The notes under the pieces: generated by a model
Told to the model about the DNA's origin: nothing
The model's input: the letters and a program-made list of their open reading frames with translations, nothing else
Databases searched by the model: none
Program-made: the position numbers and the translations under genes
Part shown: in pieces, positions 11,613-30,044 of the stretch
How the letters are laid out: every line of letters begins with the position of its first letter
Numbering within the stretch: the first letter of the stretch is position 1
NCBI GenBank assembly: GCA_012295275.1
Contig: CM022669.1
Coordinates: 16,926,001-16,990,000, forward strand
Direction: 5' to 3'
DNA from: Chrysomallon squamiferum
Lineage: Eukaryota > Animalia > Mollusca
Length of the DNA: 64,000 bases

Positions 11613-13376
11613 ATGTATTTTACCAGATTGTTTCATGTAGCAGTTTTGTCCGTGTTTGCAGGTATTTAGATACAAGATTATTGTGTATTAAATTGAATTT
11701 CTCTGTACGTCTGTTATAAATACCGTAACACTAATAAATTAATTCCTGTGGAACACCTAACTTCAAAAAATATAAATGTTTTGTCACAAATATCTGTCTA
11801 ATTCTATCAATAATTAAACTAACATTAATATTTCCTTGATGATAATATTTAGAGACAACATTTTATGTGACGGTGCTATGTTGACTAACTGTTTTCAGTA
11901 ATTTAATTATGTTTAAAGCAGATATTTATATTTTAAAATATAAAATTAAAGAATTTACAAACAAATTATTTTATTCTGTTAAAGTTGTTTTATTTATTTA
12001 TATTTTTTTTAACTTTTGTTTTGTTTTTTGTTTTTATTATTTTGTTCTCCTCATTCATAGTATAGCTATTTTCTTAAAGGAATTTAATTATATTTTGTCA
12101 CATTTTCAGTATTTTATAGGACTGTAAGTGGTAAGTAATTCAAATAATTTTCTAAATACCACTATTTCTGTAAAGCAATTTTAGAAATGTTCTCTTTTAA
12201 TATCTTCCATATGTTTCAATTTGTGCCTCAGAGATTAGCTTCATAGTGCCTTTCATGTACAGACGTCATTTTATTACGCTAAAATATGGAGAATTTTTTT
12301 TTAAATAGACTGAGCACGAATTTTAGATGTCATGACATGAAGTTGATATCACTGAAAGTTCTGACATAAGATACAATTACAAACTGGAGTCATTGTTAGG
12401 ACATCACACAGGATAGTCAATGTTCAGAATAAACCGCTTATTGCTAAAGTCAAGAATTATGTTTTAATCTGTTTTATGCTGAGTAATAATTAATATGTGT
12501 GTGTGGTCTTCCATGAGTTAATATATGAGTTCATATTTCATTAACATATGTTTCAAAATATCACATGTACTGTCAAAAATGTCCTTGTTAAAAACCAGGA
12601 AATTTCACCATCCGTTTACTGTCTTAAGATTCAGCTTTATTCTGCGAAGGTGAGAATTGTCCGACTCAGCAAGGACATGCTGAGCTGCATAGGACCCTTC
12701 AACCTGAACACCATAAAGCTGATATAAATGTGTGTGTATACCTGCACGCCGCATACACACTCACACACACACACGCACGCACACATTTATATTTATATAA
12801 TTTCTCTTTTATTTACATCCTAGGTAACACTGTCAATAACTCTGTAAGTACTGAATTATACTATTGATGATTTTAAGAAGCTATGTAAAATATTATAATT
12901 TTTTTTTTTTTTTTTTTTATACTATTAATTAATAAGAAAATATAACCGTGAATGAATACAAGAAATAAACACTAAGGCACATCATTTTTCTGTAGTCGAA
13001 ATATTATAAAGTTCGTGGCTCACTGCCATTATTTTGTACAGCAGAAAATAATAAGTCACCTTGTGGAAAGAGTAAGAAATACTACATGTAAACTAAAGAT
13101 AGCAGAGATATAAAGATTTGTGAGATTTGTCATGTTACTTTCACTTATATTTCTGATATACTTCAGAGAATAGTTAATTCCATATAAATGTAATATCTGG
13201 GTTTTTACATGATGGTTTGTTAATTTGTATTAGGAACAAATCTTATAAGTAAATCAATACTTAGTACATTAATTTTCTGAAAAAAAAAAAAAAAAAAATC
13301 CAACAAACAAAAACGTAGGGGTCGGCAAACTTTTGGAGAGAGGGGCTCAGACAGATATGCAGTATTTTGGAGCAAG

Positions 13377-13418
<42 letters not shown>

Positions 13419-15858
13419 AGACACACACACACAGACACATACACAGAGACACACACACACCGATATCCCTCTATCTCAATTCTATCTTTAATACTGAGTA
13501 CAAAGAAATGATGCTACGAAGCGAGGGGCTGCTTTGGTTTGCAGGTTTAAAGAAAAAACAATGAAGTTAATGTAATAATTGGTGTCAAAGTATTCAGTTG
13601 ACGGGCTAAAATATCTCGCGGGCCAAGGATTCCCGACTCCTGTTCTAAAACTCTGTTGCACTCTGGTGTTCATTTAAATCTTTCTGTGAACCATTAAATA
13701 AAAAAGTTTCATCTAGCTTTCACCATCCATGAAATTGACCCAGTACTCCTTTTGGTATTTATTTTTCAATATATACATTGTTTAGATTAATTCATAAAAA
13801 TGTATTTAGCATTGTTTTTGACAGCAAGTGTGTGTGTGCGTGTTTGTGTCTGTGTATGTATGTATGTGAGTCTGTGTCTGTCTGTGTTAGAGACAACGAT
13901 ATTTAAGTCCATATCAATATTCTAATATGGACAAAAATCTGTCAGGAAATGTGCCTATGTTCGGATGTAGATACAGGAGAATCAATTGCTGGTCCGAAGG
14001 TAACATGTATGGATCTGTTCTGCGGCTGCTTTACGAGTGGTGTGCCTGTAGGAATATGTTGTCAGCAGTGTCCAGTACCAAAGAAAAAAGACAGCGGTGG
14101 TGGATCATGCTTCTGTGGCGATTCACAGCTTTCTCTAGATGACGGGTCCGTGATTCCAATGAAGAATCTAAAAACTGGACAAAAAGTAATGACAGGCAAG
14201 AAATTTAATATCTGTTAAAATAACATTCATTTATAAACTGTTTCCAGAATGTATATTTCCATATAACAAATGTAATATATTTTTACCCTAGCAGCGGTCA
14301 CGGTATGTGAAAGGTTTTAGCGAAATTCTTCAGATGAAATGAAATACTTACTTTAGATGGTGTTTGCCTCTCAGAGAAATAATAAAGAATAAATAAAGAA
14401 AACATCATATCATTTTTAACTAACATACATATATGTGATCAATAATGATTAATGAAAAGTTGAAAAATATAAATATCGTGTCACCTTTAACACATTATAC
14501 AAACAGTGTATGTCCAACGTACAAACAACCGTTTATCAGAACGAGTTATATTAATGTCCTCAAAATAAAAAAACAGCGACTAAATATGACATCTTTAAAT
14601 ATCTTGTCAGTTGAAGATATTCCTCCGAATTAACTTTACTAAATTCTACAATTATAGCGTCTGAAACAATCTCCTAACTATTTTATTAGCAACTTTAATC
14701 CTTCGAAATAATGTCCAAAGCTGCTCTAAAAACAATTCTCCTATTTCATCAACCACAGTAACTTTTCTATAAACATCAAATGATTAGTGAGATAACAAAA
14801 TGTAACGACCCCTCGGAAAGGTGTTGGTATTAATATCTTATTCATTCTTGACCATTTATCTACAGTTTCCTATTTTATTTCAGTTGAAACCGGTCGACGT
14901 GTGTTTATGAAAGTGAAAACGTTTCTGAAGCGACAACCAAATATGAACGTGACTCATCAAACACTAACAACAGAATTTGGAAACAGTGTGTCTATGTCGA
15001 CTGATCATTTTATCTTTGTCTCCAAAAATAACAACTCAGCTAACATGGTAGCTAGGTAAAAAGAAAGTAAAACAAATCATACGTACATACTCTACAACAG
15101 TTTCAAACAATGCCTTTTTTAAATATTTTATTCTCTGTCACCCAGTGTATCCCTATAAATGATGGGAAGTGAGAAAATACTTTATCTGATTTTTTTTCTC
15201 CTACAGTTTTTTCACAATTATAATAATAGGAATAAGAATTACATCGCATTTTAATCTTCCCTATGTTTGTTTATTAACCAGAACTGCCAAATCAGTGGAA
15301 CCAGGTGATTACATTTTCTCTACAAATTCATGTCCAGATGCTCTTTGTCCAGAACGTGTTGTGCAAATTTCATTTTCTTTAAAACAAGGTAAAAAAAAAC
15401 AACATAAATTTGTTATAAATAAATATAGGCAGGCCAATAAAAAGGAAACACATAAAGAAACACGTTCGCACACACACACACACACACACACATTAAAATG
15501 CATTAACTGTTGTACCTTTACTTGTTCACGGTTAATTGTTTTGTGAATTTTATTTACTTTTTTATCGAACTATTATCATTTCCAAATATAATAAAATTGC
15601 TATTAACTGTTTTATTTGTATTTTGAACTTCGTACAGGTCTGTACGTACCAGTGACAGATTCAGGAACTCTCGTTGTCGATGGAATATTTAGCTCAAGTC
15701 ACTCGGCTGTTCAGCACGACATCGACCACTTCTTCGTCAAACCTTTCCTCTGGTTTCCATGGCTGCTGGAACCATGGCAACAAGATGGTTACAGTCCAGT
15801 CGTCTCTAACCTGGAGAACCTAGGAACTTTGCTGTTAGAAAAGCTGTTTTCACTTTGA
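11613..15858 (+). CDS. Copy D: secreted 8-Cys peptide fused to Hog domain, 279 aa; exons 11613-11661, 12110-12130, 12824-12843, 13946-14195, 14884-15055, 15282-15388, 15638-15858
   Basis: Same exon phases as copy C, 840 nt open frame. N-terminus MYFTRLFHVAVLSVFAVFYRTVSGNTVNNSEMCLCSDVDTGESIAGPKVTCMDLFCGCFTSGVPVGICCQQCPVPKKKDSGGGS|CF. Same Hint motifs (TFLKR, STDH, SSSHS). Confidence 0.88.
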
Positions 15859-17803
15859 AGAATTATTTTCACTTTTGTTTGAAATAACAATAAAGATTTA
15901 TTACAGTTATTCGCTTTCACTTTTCTTTTAAAAACTGATTTAAATTTGTTATAATTTCATTAATGATGTTGTTTTTACATTACTTTTCTAGAAACAGCAA
16001 TGAGGACATGCCCCTATTGGACAAAGGTTCCAAAACTGAGTGAGTCAATTTTATTGACATTTGTTGTTGTTGTTGTTATTACTAAACTGAAAATAATTTC
16101 CCTCTCTGCAATATTTTATTTTTTATGTTTTTATGCATGCGTTCATGTGCGTAAATACGTATGGTTTATATGGACTATCAGCGTTTGAAGTACTCATTTC
16201 TGATACTCATATAATTTTTGTGGGTCTTTTCTAGATATTACAGAAAGGTGTTTATAATCTAATTTTTTATGCTGAGGTATTTACTAAAATTGTAATGTTA
16301 AACGGAAATCCAGAATGAAGCTGGTTACTGTTTGGTAAAAAGAACCACGGAAAGTGTGAGGATAACATGCAGAACGTAACTAAACCGCTCTGATCTGTGG
16401 AACTGGTGAATTACATAGCAGTGTCATCCTGCAAGTTAAATATATACTTAAAATTTGATATAGACAATCAGAAGCAAAAACGTATTTAACAGATACAAAT
16501 AAATACAGTCCTTAATTTATGCTCCAATTAAAATTCTTAAAATAGCCATACAGAATACCATGTTTAACAAATAGGCTGGAAATGATCGAAGGAAAATAAA
16601 GAACATGATTGCATTTAAACGATAAAGGCCGCTGTACACCAGACGCGATTTTTGTCGAATTTAAGAATACATACTCGAACTCTGATGAAGTCATTTCCAA
16701 TGAAATTAGACGTATATGATCTAAATTCCTATGGTTTTGGGATTGACCGAAAATGAAAGATAGAATTTTGCGACGGAGCTATTTTTACCCTAATATAATA
16801 ATGAATAATTTTAACAACAATATATTTAATATCATACTTTTTAAAATATTTTGTTATGTATAAATTATAGTATTGGAATAAAAAATATACGGTGTTTTCA
16901 TCATTATATAATAATAAAAAGTAAAATAATAATAGTTATCTTTCGTGTAATCGTTTGCTATTCTGTGAAAACCGGTTGAATTTAAAACTGAATGCTTATT
17001 TTACTTTTTCCAGCGGGATGTTGGTGAGGTAAAAATGTTAATACTTCAAAAAATATTGAAAAAATAAATCGCAGACAGACAGATGTAAAAGCAACTGCTA
17101 TTATCAGCTGTCAAATATGATGGAGAAAAAAAAAAGAAAAAACCAGCTTCATCGCAGATAAAAATGATGAAAGCGAATCGGCCTATTCCGTGGTAATGAA
17201 CGAAAATGTGATTAACAGTTCTATTCTGGGCAACGAAAACAAACCATTTAGTTAGAAAATGCGTGACCACAACAGAGAAAATGTGGACGATTTTTTTTCT
17301 TGGTTAAAATAAATTTATTTAACACGGTTTCTTATCTCCAGTGTGACGGTCACAAGTTTAAATTCTTTACTGAAAGCAAATTCTGTTTTCTACCTAACAG
17401 CTCTTCTGGTCTGCGAACAAAATCCCTCCATATGTAGAAAGTTTAATTATCATACGATCTGTTAGGAATAAATGCTGACTGACGTGTTCTGTGTTTGTAT
17501 TAAAGTAGATTATCATAAATGTAATATAATGTGGCCGTCTTAATTTAAAATTAAAATCGACAATTCTAGAACTGCTGTAAATATTTAACACTAAAGAAGT
17601 TTCTCTAAATTTCATATGCAGACAAAATTAATCATAAATGCTACACCATAACATTTAGAATGGAATTCATGCTTATATATTATTTACTTTTGATTATTAT
17701 TATTATTTTTTTTTTAATGTAACATTATTAAGAATTTTTTTAAATGTTAGCATTATAAAATGACACGTCTTTTAAAATCAATATCTCGATCGCCATATTA
17801 TTA

Positions 17804-17858
<55 letters not shown>

Positions 17859-18032
17859 TCACTTTTCTGTTTGCTACATAAATAATATGTTAATTAATAG
17901 GTTATTTATGTACACCTCTTTGCTGACTGTTGTACAAAGGTTTATAACCTGACGTGTATTGATACCACTGTATTTGTCTTAACGTTTGCACACAGACAGC
18001 AACAGTTTCCTGTTAACGAAAGCACATACGCA

Positions 18033-19090
18033 ATGTATTTCACCAACTTGTGCGTAGCAGTTTTTTCAGTGCTTGCAGGTATTTATATATATATATATAT
18101 GATTAATGTGTATACAATTGTATTTCTCTATACTTGTATAATTAACAGCGTTACACTAGAAACAAATTAAATTTTTTCGGTTACCTAGTTAACTTTAAAG
18201 CATACAAATGTTTTTTGAATAACAAACAAATATGCATCTAAATCTACAGATAATCAAGTTTAATTTTAACATTAATACATTATTTTTTTTCCTCTTCTTC
18301 TTTTCAATTTCGTGAAGAAAATATTTAGATATAACATGTTATCTGATATTTTCAAGTTGACAAATCTATTTTCGGTAACTTACTTATGAAGTAGATTATT
18401 TAAAAAAAAAAATATATCTGACTTCCTTTAAAGCGATTTAAAGCGATTGTTAATTCATATTTTTTACAACTAATTAGTATTAATAAAAACACAAATACGT
18501 TATTTTATTTTGCGAAATTTTTTAATCGCATTCTTAGTCTAACATTTTCGGTGAAGGAATTTAATTATATATCGTCCAATTTTCAACATTTTCCAAGACT
18601 GCAACTCAATAATTCAGATATTCAGCTAGATATCACTATTTCTATAAAGCAATTTTAAAATGTTCTCTTTTAAGGTTATAGAATTCAGTATGTTTTAATT
18701 TGTCCCTCAAAGTCTAGCTTCATTGTGCCTTTTATGTAAAGTCATTTAATTTTATTACGCTAAAATACCTAGAAAAAAAAACCCACAAGATAATTAAATA
18801 GATTGAGGACGAATTTTGCATGTCATGACATAAAGCTGATATCACTGAAAGTTCTGACATAAGATAAAATTACAAAGACCACAAACTGGAGTCATTGTTA
18901 GAACATCACACAGGATAGTCAATGTTCAGAATAAACTAAGTACAACAGGGAGCTTAGCTATTCTTTTTAAAATTTATTTATTTATTTATTTATTTATTTA
19001 TTTGTTTGTTATGTTGTTGCTGTTGCTATTTTTTCTTGTTATTTCGGAAATTCTAACTTATAATCAATAATAATAATAATAATAATAATA

Positions 19091-19129
<39 letters not shown>

Positions 19130-19268
19130 TAAAGATATTAGATAAAATATAGTTCTAAATATATTTAACATTTTCAAAATGTTATCATTTCACTTTCCAT
19201 TTAGTCATCACATTTACCGTGCATATGTGTGTGTGTGTATACATATATATATATGTATTATGTATGAG

Positions 19269-19332
<64 letters not shown>

Positions 19333-22314
19333 TATGGAATGACTGATTACTGACTTAAGAATGTTATAATGGCCCGATTCATCTAGGATATGCCGAGCTG
19401 AGTAGGCTAAAGCTGATACCTTAAACAGTAGCCAAATACATTTCTTATCCGAATTAATTTTACAAAAAAAAACAACTAAATGACATTACCAGTTTATTTC
19501 TGAACTCAACACACTCAGAATAGTAGATTTACGCATACTAATTTCGTTGTTTCTATATACATCAAAACAAAAATAGTTCTTACTGCTATATTTTGAATGA
19601 AAACTGTTTTTGAAATGGTCTTTCAAGTCCTAAACCAGCAATTAAACAGTAAAGAAGTAATTTTGAACAATAATCGTATCCATGTCTGTATCTGTCTGTC
19701 TGTATGTGTACTTAACGACGCTCTTAAGTTTGTTTCAGGGATCGATCCTGTCCGCCAAGAAATATAAATATATTTGTTTGAATGTGTGTGGATATGTTTG
19801 TGTGTGTGTATTTGTGTGTGTGTTTTTGTGTGCATATATGTATTTATTTCTGTGTGTGTGTGTGTGTATGTATATATATATATAAACTTTTCATTTATTT
19901 ATGTCACAGTTAGAACTACTCAAGCTACTGTTGTAAGTATTAAAATGTACATTTTTGTTTTCAATAGATCGATCTTAACTAATAATTAAATTTAGTCCAT
20001 AAATAAGTACAGAATCCTTTTTTCTTTTTTTCTTCGTTTTTTACGGATAATTATGAAGAACATGACTCCTTTACTTTCTTTCTTCAGAAGAATAATAAGT
20101 CATTTTACCATCCATGTCATATTAATGTTATTTATATTTATGCTGTACGTCAAAGAATGTAGTAATAATGGTCTGGTTACAAAATAACACAAAAATACTT
20201 TCGTTTACAAAATGTGCATTAGGAACTTGTGCATCTGTATGCGTGCGGATGTTGAGTCCTGTAACTGTTTCTGCCTGTGGGTATGATGTAACTGTCAGAA
20301 AGAGATCTGTTTTGTTCCAAATCGTCCTCCTGAAGTGGACAAAGCTTTTCTTCTAAATCAGGAAGTGTGTCAGTGTAAAGATCCGATCACTGGAGAACAG
20401 GACTCTGGTCCCAAGGACAAATGTGAGTGCGGCTGCGTTACGAGCGGTGTGCCTGTAGGGATCTGCTGTCAGCAGTGTCTGACGCCGCAGAGCAACGACA
20501 AAGGAGGTGGTGGATCGTGTTTCTCCGCCGATTGACAGCTTTCTCTAGATGACGGGTCCGTGATTCAAATGAAGAATCTAAAAGACGGACAAACAGTAAT
20601 GACAGGAGGCAAGAAATTTAATATCTGTTAAAATAACATTCGTTTATAAACTGTTTCGAGAATGTATATTTCCATGTTACAAATGCAATATGGTTTGTTT
20701 TTCCCTAGCAGCGGTTCACGGAATGTGAAAGGTTTTAGCGAAATTATTCAGATGAAATGAGATGCTTATTTTAGATGGTTTTTGCCTCTCAGGGAAATAA
20801 TAAAAAAATTTAAAAAAATAGAAAATCAAATCATTTTAACTAACATGCATACAAATGGTCAATAACGATTAAAGAAAAGTTGAAAAATAAAAATATCGTG
20901 ACACCTTTAACACATTATACAAACAGTGTACAGTTCAGAACGAGTTATATTAATGTACTCAATGTAAAAAAACAGCTACTAAATATGACATCTTTACTTC
21001 TACGTGGAATGTTCCATTTTTACTCAATGTCTTGTTTAATCAAGATAAAGAATTTGAAATTTTGACAAAAAAAAAAAAAAAAAAAAAAAAAACAACATGT
21101 TTTTAAAAATGTAATCGTCCAGTCACATTAGTTTTGTGTTTATGTTTAAATCATAAACCTAGAAAAGTTTACTGCAACCAGTTTTCATTATAAATAATTT
21201 CAGTTTATTCACTGGTGGCCATTTAAATGGAATTTTCCATTTTATTTCAGTCCAAAACGGTCGACGTTTGTTTATGAAAGTGAAAACGTTTCTGAAGCGA
21301 CAACCAAATATGAACGTGACTCATCAAACACTAACAACAGAATTTGGAAACAGTGTGTCTATGTCGACTGACCATTTTATCTTTGTCTCCAAAAATAACA
21401 ACTCAGCTGACATGGTAGCTAGGTAAAAAGAAAGTTAAACACATCATACGTACATACAGCAGTTTCAAACAATGCATTTTTTAAATATTTTATTCTCTGT
21501 CCCCAGTGTATCCCTATACATGATGGGAAGTGAGAGTAGGCTAACGAAAATACTTTATGTCACTTTTTTCTCCTACATTCTTTTCACAATTATAATAATA
21601 AAAATAAGAATTACATCCGATTTTAACCTTCCCTGTGTTTGTTTATTAACCAGAACTGCCATATCAGTGGAACCAGGTGATTACATTTTCTCTACAAACT
21701 CATGTCCAGACGGCTTTTGTCCAGAACGTGTTGTGCAAATTTCATTTTCTTTAAAACAAGGTAAAAGAAAACGGAAATTTGTAATAAATAAATAAAGGCA
21801 GACGCATGTGTCACCTCTGAATGGGTAATATGGCAGCCTTCAAATGTTTTGTAACTGTGATATTTTGTTGTCCAAAACAATTATACAACACAAAAGGAAT
21901 AGTTTTGTCACACCATTTTATTTGTATCACGTTAAAAATACATTAACTGTTGCAACTTTACTTGTTCACGGTTAACTGTTTTGTATTGTTATTGTTTTGT
22001 GATTTTTATTTACTTTTTTATAGAACTATTATCATTTCCAAATATAATAAAATTGTTATTAACTGTTTTATTTGTATTTTGAACTTCGTACAGGTCTGTA
22101 CGTACCAGTGACAGATTCAGGAACTCTCGTTGTGGATGGAATATTTAGCTCAAGTCACTCGGCTGTTCAGCACGACATCGACCACTTCTTCGTCAAACCT
22201 TTCCTCTGGTTTCCATGGCTGCTGGAACCATGGCAACAAGATGATTACAGTCCAGTCGTCTCTAACCTGGAGAACCTAGGAACTTTGCTGTTAGAAAAGC
22301 TGTTTTCACTTTGA
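18033..22314 (+). pseudogene. Copy E: Cys-peptide/Hog paralog with in-frame TGA at 20533-20535 and a decayed exon 2; exons 18033-18078, 19910-19932, 20362-20608, 21251-21422, 21654-21760, 22094-22314
   Basis: TCA(Ser)->TGA in GGGGS|CFSAD*. The exon-2 homolog near 18585-18610 has lost both the AG acceptor and the GT donor; skipping it keeps the frame. Exons 5-7 remain open with intact splice sites. Confidence 0.75.
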
Positions 22315-23467
22315 AGAATTATTTTCACTTTTGTTTGAAATAACAATAAAGATTTATTACAGTTATTCACTTTCATTTTTCTTTTAAAAACTTATTTAAA
22401 TTCAGGTAAATTAGATTCAGAAAGACGATAATTTTTAATTAAAATTTTAGAGATGAAACTGTTTTGAATACACTAAATGTAGTACTGTTTCAAATATTTT
22501 CTGGAGTGCCTAAATGAATATGTTTTAAAATTATTTTCACTAACTTAATATAATCTGTGAAGAAATTAGTATATAATACTTTACTTCTTCTTCTTAATTT
22601 TTTTATTTTTGTATTTTCTTTATTTTTTTTATTTTTTTAAGTTGAATGATATTAATTAATAAAGACAATCTTATGTTTAGCAATATGCCAATAGTTTATT
22701 TGTCGATCGGTATCCAGTACAAATTCTTTTTGGTTTTGTCCTGCTGTGGCACAAAACTGATATTAAATGCCCTGTAATGTTTGATGTTAATGTCTGGCGA
22801 GTCACAGTTGCTTTTTCTAGCCACATGTGCGCTGGTTGAAATAAAGAATCCTTAAGACGTAGAAAGATTTTAACATAATTAGACACTTTACTTTTGACAA
22901 CATGTTAATTAAGTTTTTTCATATTGTCTTTTTTCTTATTATCGAGTGTTTCTTGTACCGGCCAAGAAAGAAATATTAATAAAATACACATACACCCATC
23001 CACGCTTATGAATGAGTAGTTGGTTACCTCCCTTAGTTTGACGGGTTAGGTGTAATAGTAATCAGTAATGGCAAAGTAATAAATAAAAGTTAGAATTGCC
23101 TAGGAAAAACCCACCACACGGTCAAAATATTTAATTTCCTATTTTTGACACTACTGAAAGCTACAGATTATTCAAATGTTCCATTTAGAAGAGAAGACAT
23201 AATTTTTGGGTAAATGAAACAATGCGCAAAATAGGAACTGAGAAAATCCACATCTAAAGTTTCATTAGGCGAAAACAAAAGTAATGTCGTAATCATTTAT
23301 AATCTGTTTTAACCATGTTAAAAACATAAAACTGAATCGATTCAGTTTGTTTGTAATAAGAAATGAAGAAACGTCCATCATGTGTTAAATTTGAAAGACA
23401 TTTCTATTAACTTGTCGACATCATTGTACCTTTTTTGCATTCAGATAAAAAAGGTAATAAGCAAAAA

Positions 23468-23511
<44 letters not shown>

Positions 23512-23950
23512 ATTTAATGCAATAGATATAATTATATAAATCACACACGCACAAATAGAACATCCAGTGACATCTGGATATTTTTCAAAGTATCAGGAAT
23601 ATATGCAAATGTGTGTGCGTATGCGTGTGTGTGTGTGTGTATGTGTACGAATGTATGTGCGCTTGTGCCCGAATGATAAATCGTCACGCTGAAAATTTTT
23701 AACGATTTGTTACCAGCTTGTAAAATATTGCCAGCTTTTCGTTCACATCTTTAAAATCTTGATGAGAAGTTGTAATATCACACAATGTACATGTTAATAA
23801 ATGCACATTTCATTATTATTTTTATTTATTTATTTATTTATATATCATTTTATTTTATTTCTTATTTTTTTTATTTACTTACTTATTTGTTTATGTACAT
23901 ATTTATTTATTTTTTATGCATTCCATTCAACGGTGACAGTCTTAGTTATC

Positions 23951-23988
<38 letters not shown>

Positions 23989-24285
23989 AAAGGGATACTT
24001 ACCTTTTTTCTTTCTTTTTTTAATTTAAAGTCTCAGATTCTATTAACAATATCTTTTACATATTTAAGATATAAAATTATTTTCAGCGATACAATATAAT
24101 GACATGTTTCTCCTACAAAATTTATTGATCTGTAGCATTTATAAACCGAAACAAAACCTAGTTTTATTGTGATGTTTAGTCTGTATTTTCGTCTGATGTT
24201 GTTTATCCTCATATTGGGCTGTATGTGAAAATCGAACGATACACTCTCACTGTGATATAATTAGTTTTGTTTTGAACAAGGCACA

Positions 24286-24341
<56 letters not shown>

Positions 24342-24474
24342 ATTAGCAGAAGGGTAATGCAAATCAAAGGGAATAAAGTTTAAATGAAATATGTTCATTT
24401 AACATGCTAAATCAAAATCGTTCCTTACTACTTTTCAATTCAGACATAGTGTCCGATAGCCTGAAGGAAAAAGA

Positions 24475-24518
<44 letters not shown>

Positions 24519-24654
24519 TGTCAATATTCCCACTCTAAATCATATGACAGGTTTGAATTAAATTTTTTTTTATTTTTACCATTAGATTGTTTGTTTGTTG
24601 TTGTTTTTTCTTAAAAATGTTTAGTAGTAGTAGTAATATAGATATTCAAAAAAA

Positions 24655-24685
<31 letters not shown>

Positions 24686-24714
24686 AATAAAATACCAACA
24701 ACAATATTTCAGAG

Positions 24715-28748
<4,034 letters not shown>

Positions 28749-28939
28749 ATCGGAGTTTACACATACAGAGCTAAGTTTATGCAACGTATAGTTTTGTCTC
28801 AGAGGTTATTAGTTATAATTATACCTTGATGATATAAAAACTGCAATAAATCATTCTGTTATGACGTCTGTAGTTTTTATTTTTTGATCAACATGTGGTC
28901 TTCTCATTAAAGTCTTTCTAAATAATTTCATTAAAAAAA

Positions 28940-28991
<52 letters not shown>

Positions 28992-29109
28992 TTTTTTTTT
29001 CATATTGACTTTTTAAAAAACAAATGTGTTTGTTTTATTTTATTATTATTATTTTTTAATATAAAAAAAAAAGAAAGAAAAAGAACAGCGAGATATTAAG
29101 AGTTAAAAC

Positions 29110-29300
29110 TGCCTGATACCTTTTAATTTTGCTGGATGCCAGTCCATCAAGATATATAGCTGACAGAAGTCAGAGGGTTGTGTTTGGGGCTTTCTGTTTT
29201 GCTGCACTAAATATTCCTGTTACCTCCTCAGAATCAATGTTATGGAGCCTAGCTGATGCTGTTTCCTTTCTCACCTGCTCAACATCATTCGTTTTCGATA
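29110..29300 (-). mobile_element. Possible decayed transposase remnant
   Basis: Coding-like island reading VEQVRKETASARLHNIDSEEVTGIFSAAKQKAPNTTL*LLSAIYLDGL with an internal stop. It is reminiscent of DNA-transposase C-termini, but I cannot assign a family. Confidence 0.3.
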
Positions 29301-30044
29301 AAAAAAAAAATCAAGGCTACTTTTCAGAAGCTTCTAGTGTTGAATGTGGAAAAAAAAACTGTGTATTGATGGTTGGAGCAAAACATATATTTTAATATAA
29401 TTTTTTTTTTTTTTTTTTTTATTCATTTAACAAAAATAATAAATGAACAAGTTAAATGAACTGCCACATTTACGAATTCAGAAATTGTTTTAAACATAAT
29501 TTTTTTAATAGAAACGTATAAATTTCAAAGGTATATTTCAGTTTGTTGAATGAATTTAGCCTGCCTGATGTGTTAATCGGACATAAACTGTCAGCAATAT
29601 TAAACTTTATATTCATACCACGACTAAATTAAAACATTTAAAATTAATAAATAAAAATTTATCATTCTGTTATTCCCTCCTTTCAACTCTTTTTCTGGGA
29701 CCCTAGCTAGGCCTATTACTCTGTTCAGATTTTCATCTTTCTGTAATGTGAAACTTGCCAAAAGCGAACTAAGTCCAAACAATATCTCAAAGGTTAGTTT
29801 CGTATGTTTTAATGCTGTAGAATTACATTGAAAATATATAAAACATTTTTTTGTTGCTTTTTTTGTTTTTTTTTTTTTTTTTTTTTTTTTTTTGGCACTG
29901 ACTATAATTAGAGTTTCTCTAAGATATTTCAAATTCACATTGATCAAAAATAAGATCTAAATTGTCACATTTTCTTTCACACATCAATCTACTAATATAA
30001 ATTAATTACGTTTGTACTGTATTAACATCTCTGTTAAATGTGAC

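Larger units (their letters stand above)
3458..22400 (+). repeat. Tandem segmental duplication array, unit ~6.1-6.5 kb (copies B, C, D, E)
   Basis: Start codons at 5515, 11613, 18033 and stop codons at 4321, 9404, 15858, 22314. Introns and intergenic spacers align across units. Confidence 0.95.

Noticed and set aside
13220-13564. CVCV/HTHT/ERER/IYIY/poly-Ile ORFs here and throughout the window
   Set aside because: Translations of microsatellites, not Cys-rich or His-rich proteins.
20533-20535. TGA as selenocysteine or programmed readthrough in copy E
   Set aside because: The aligned residue is Ser (TCA) in paralogs, not Cys. The short 3' UTR is the same as in paralogs lacking the TGA, and I see no SECIS-like hairpin.
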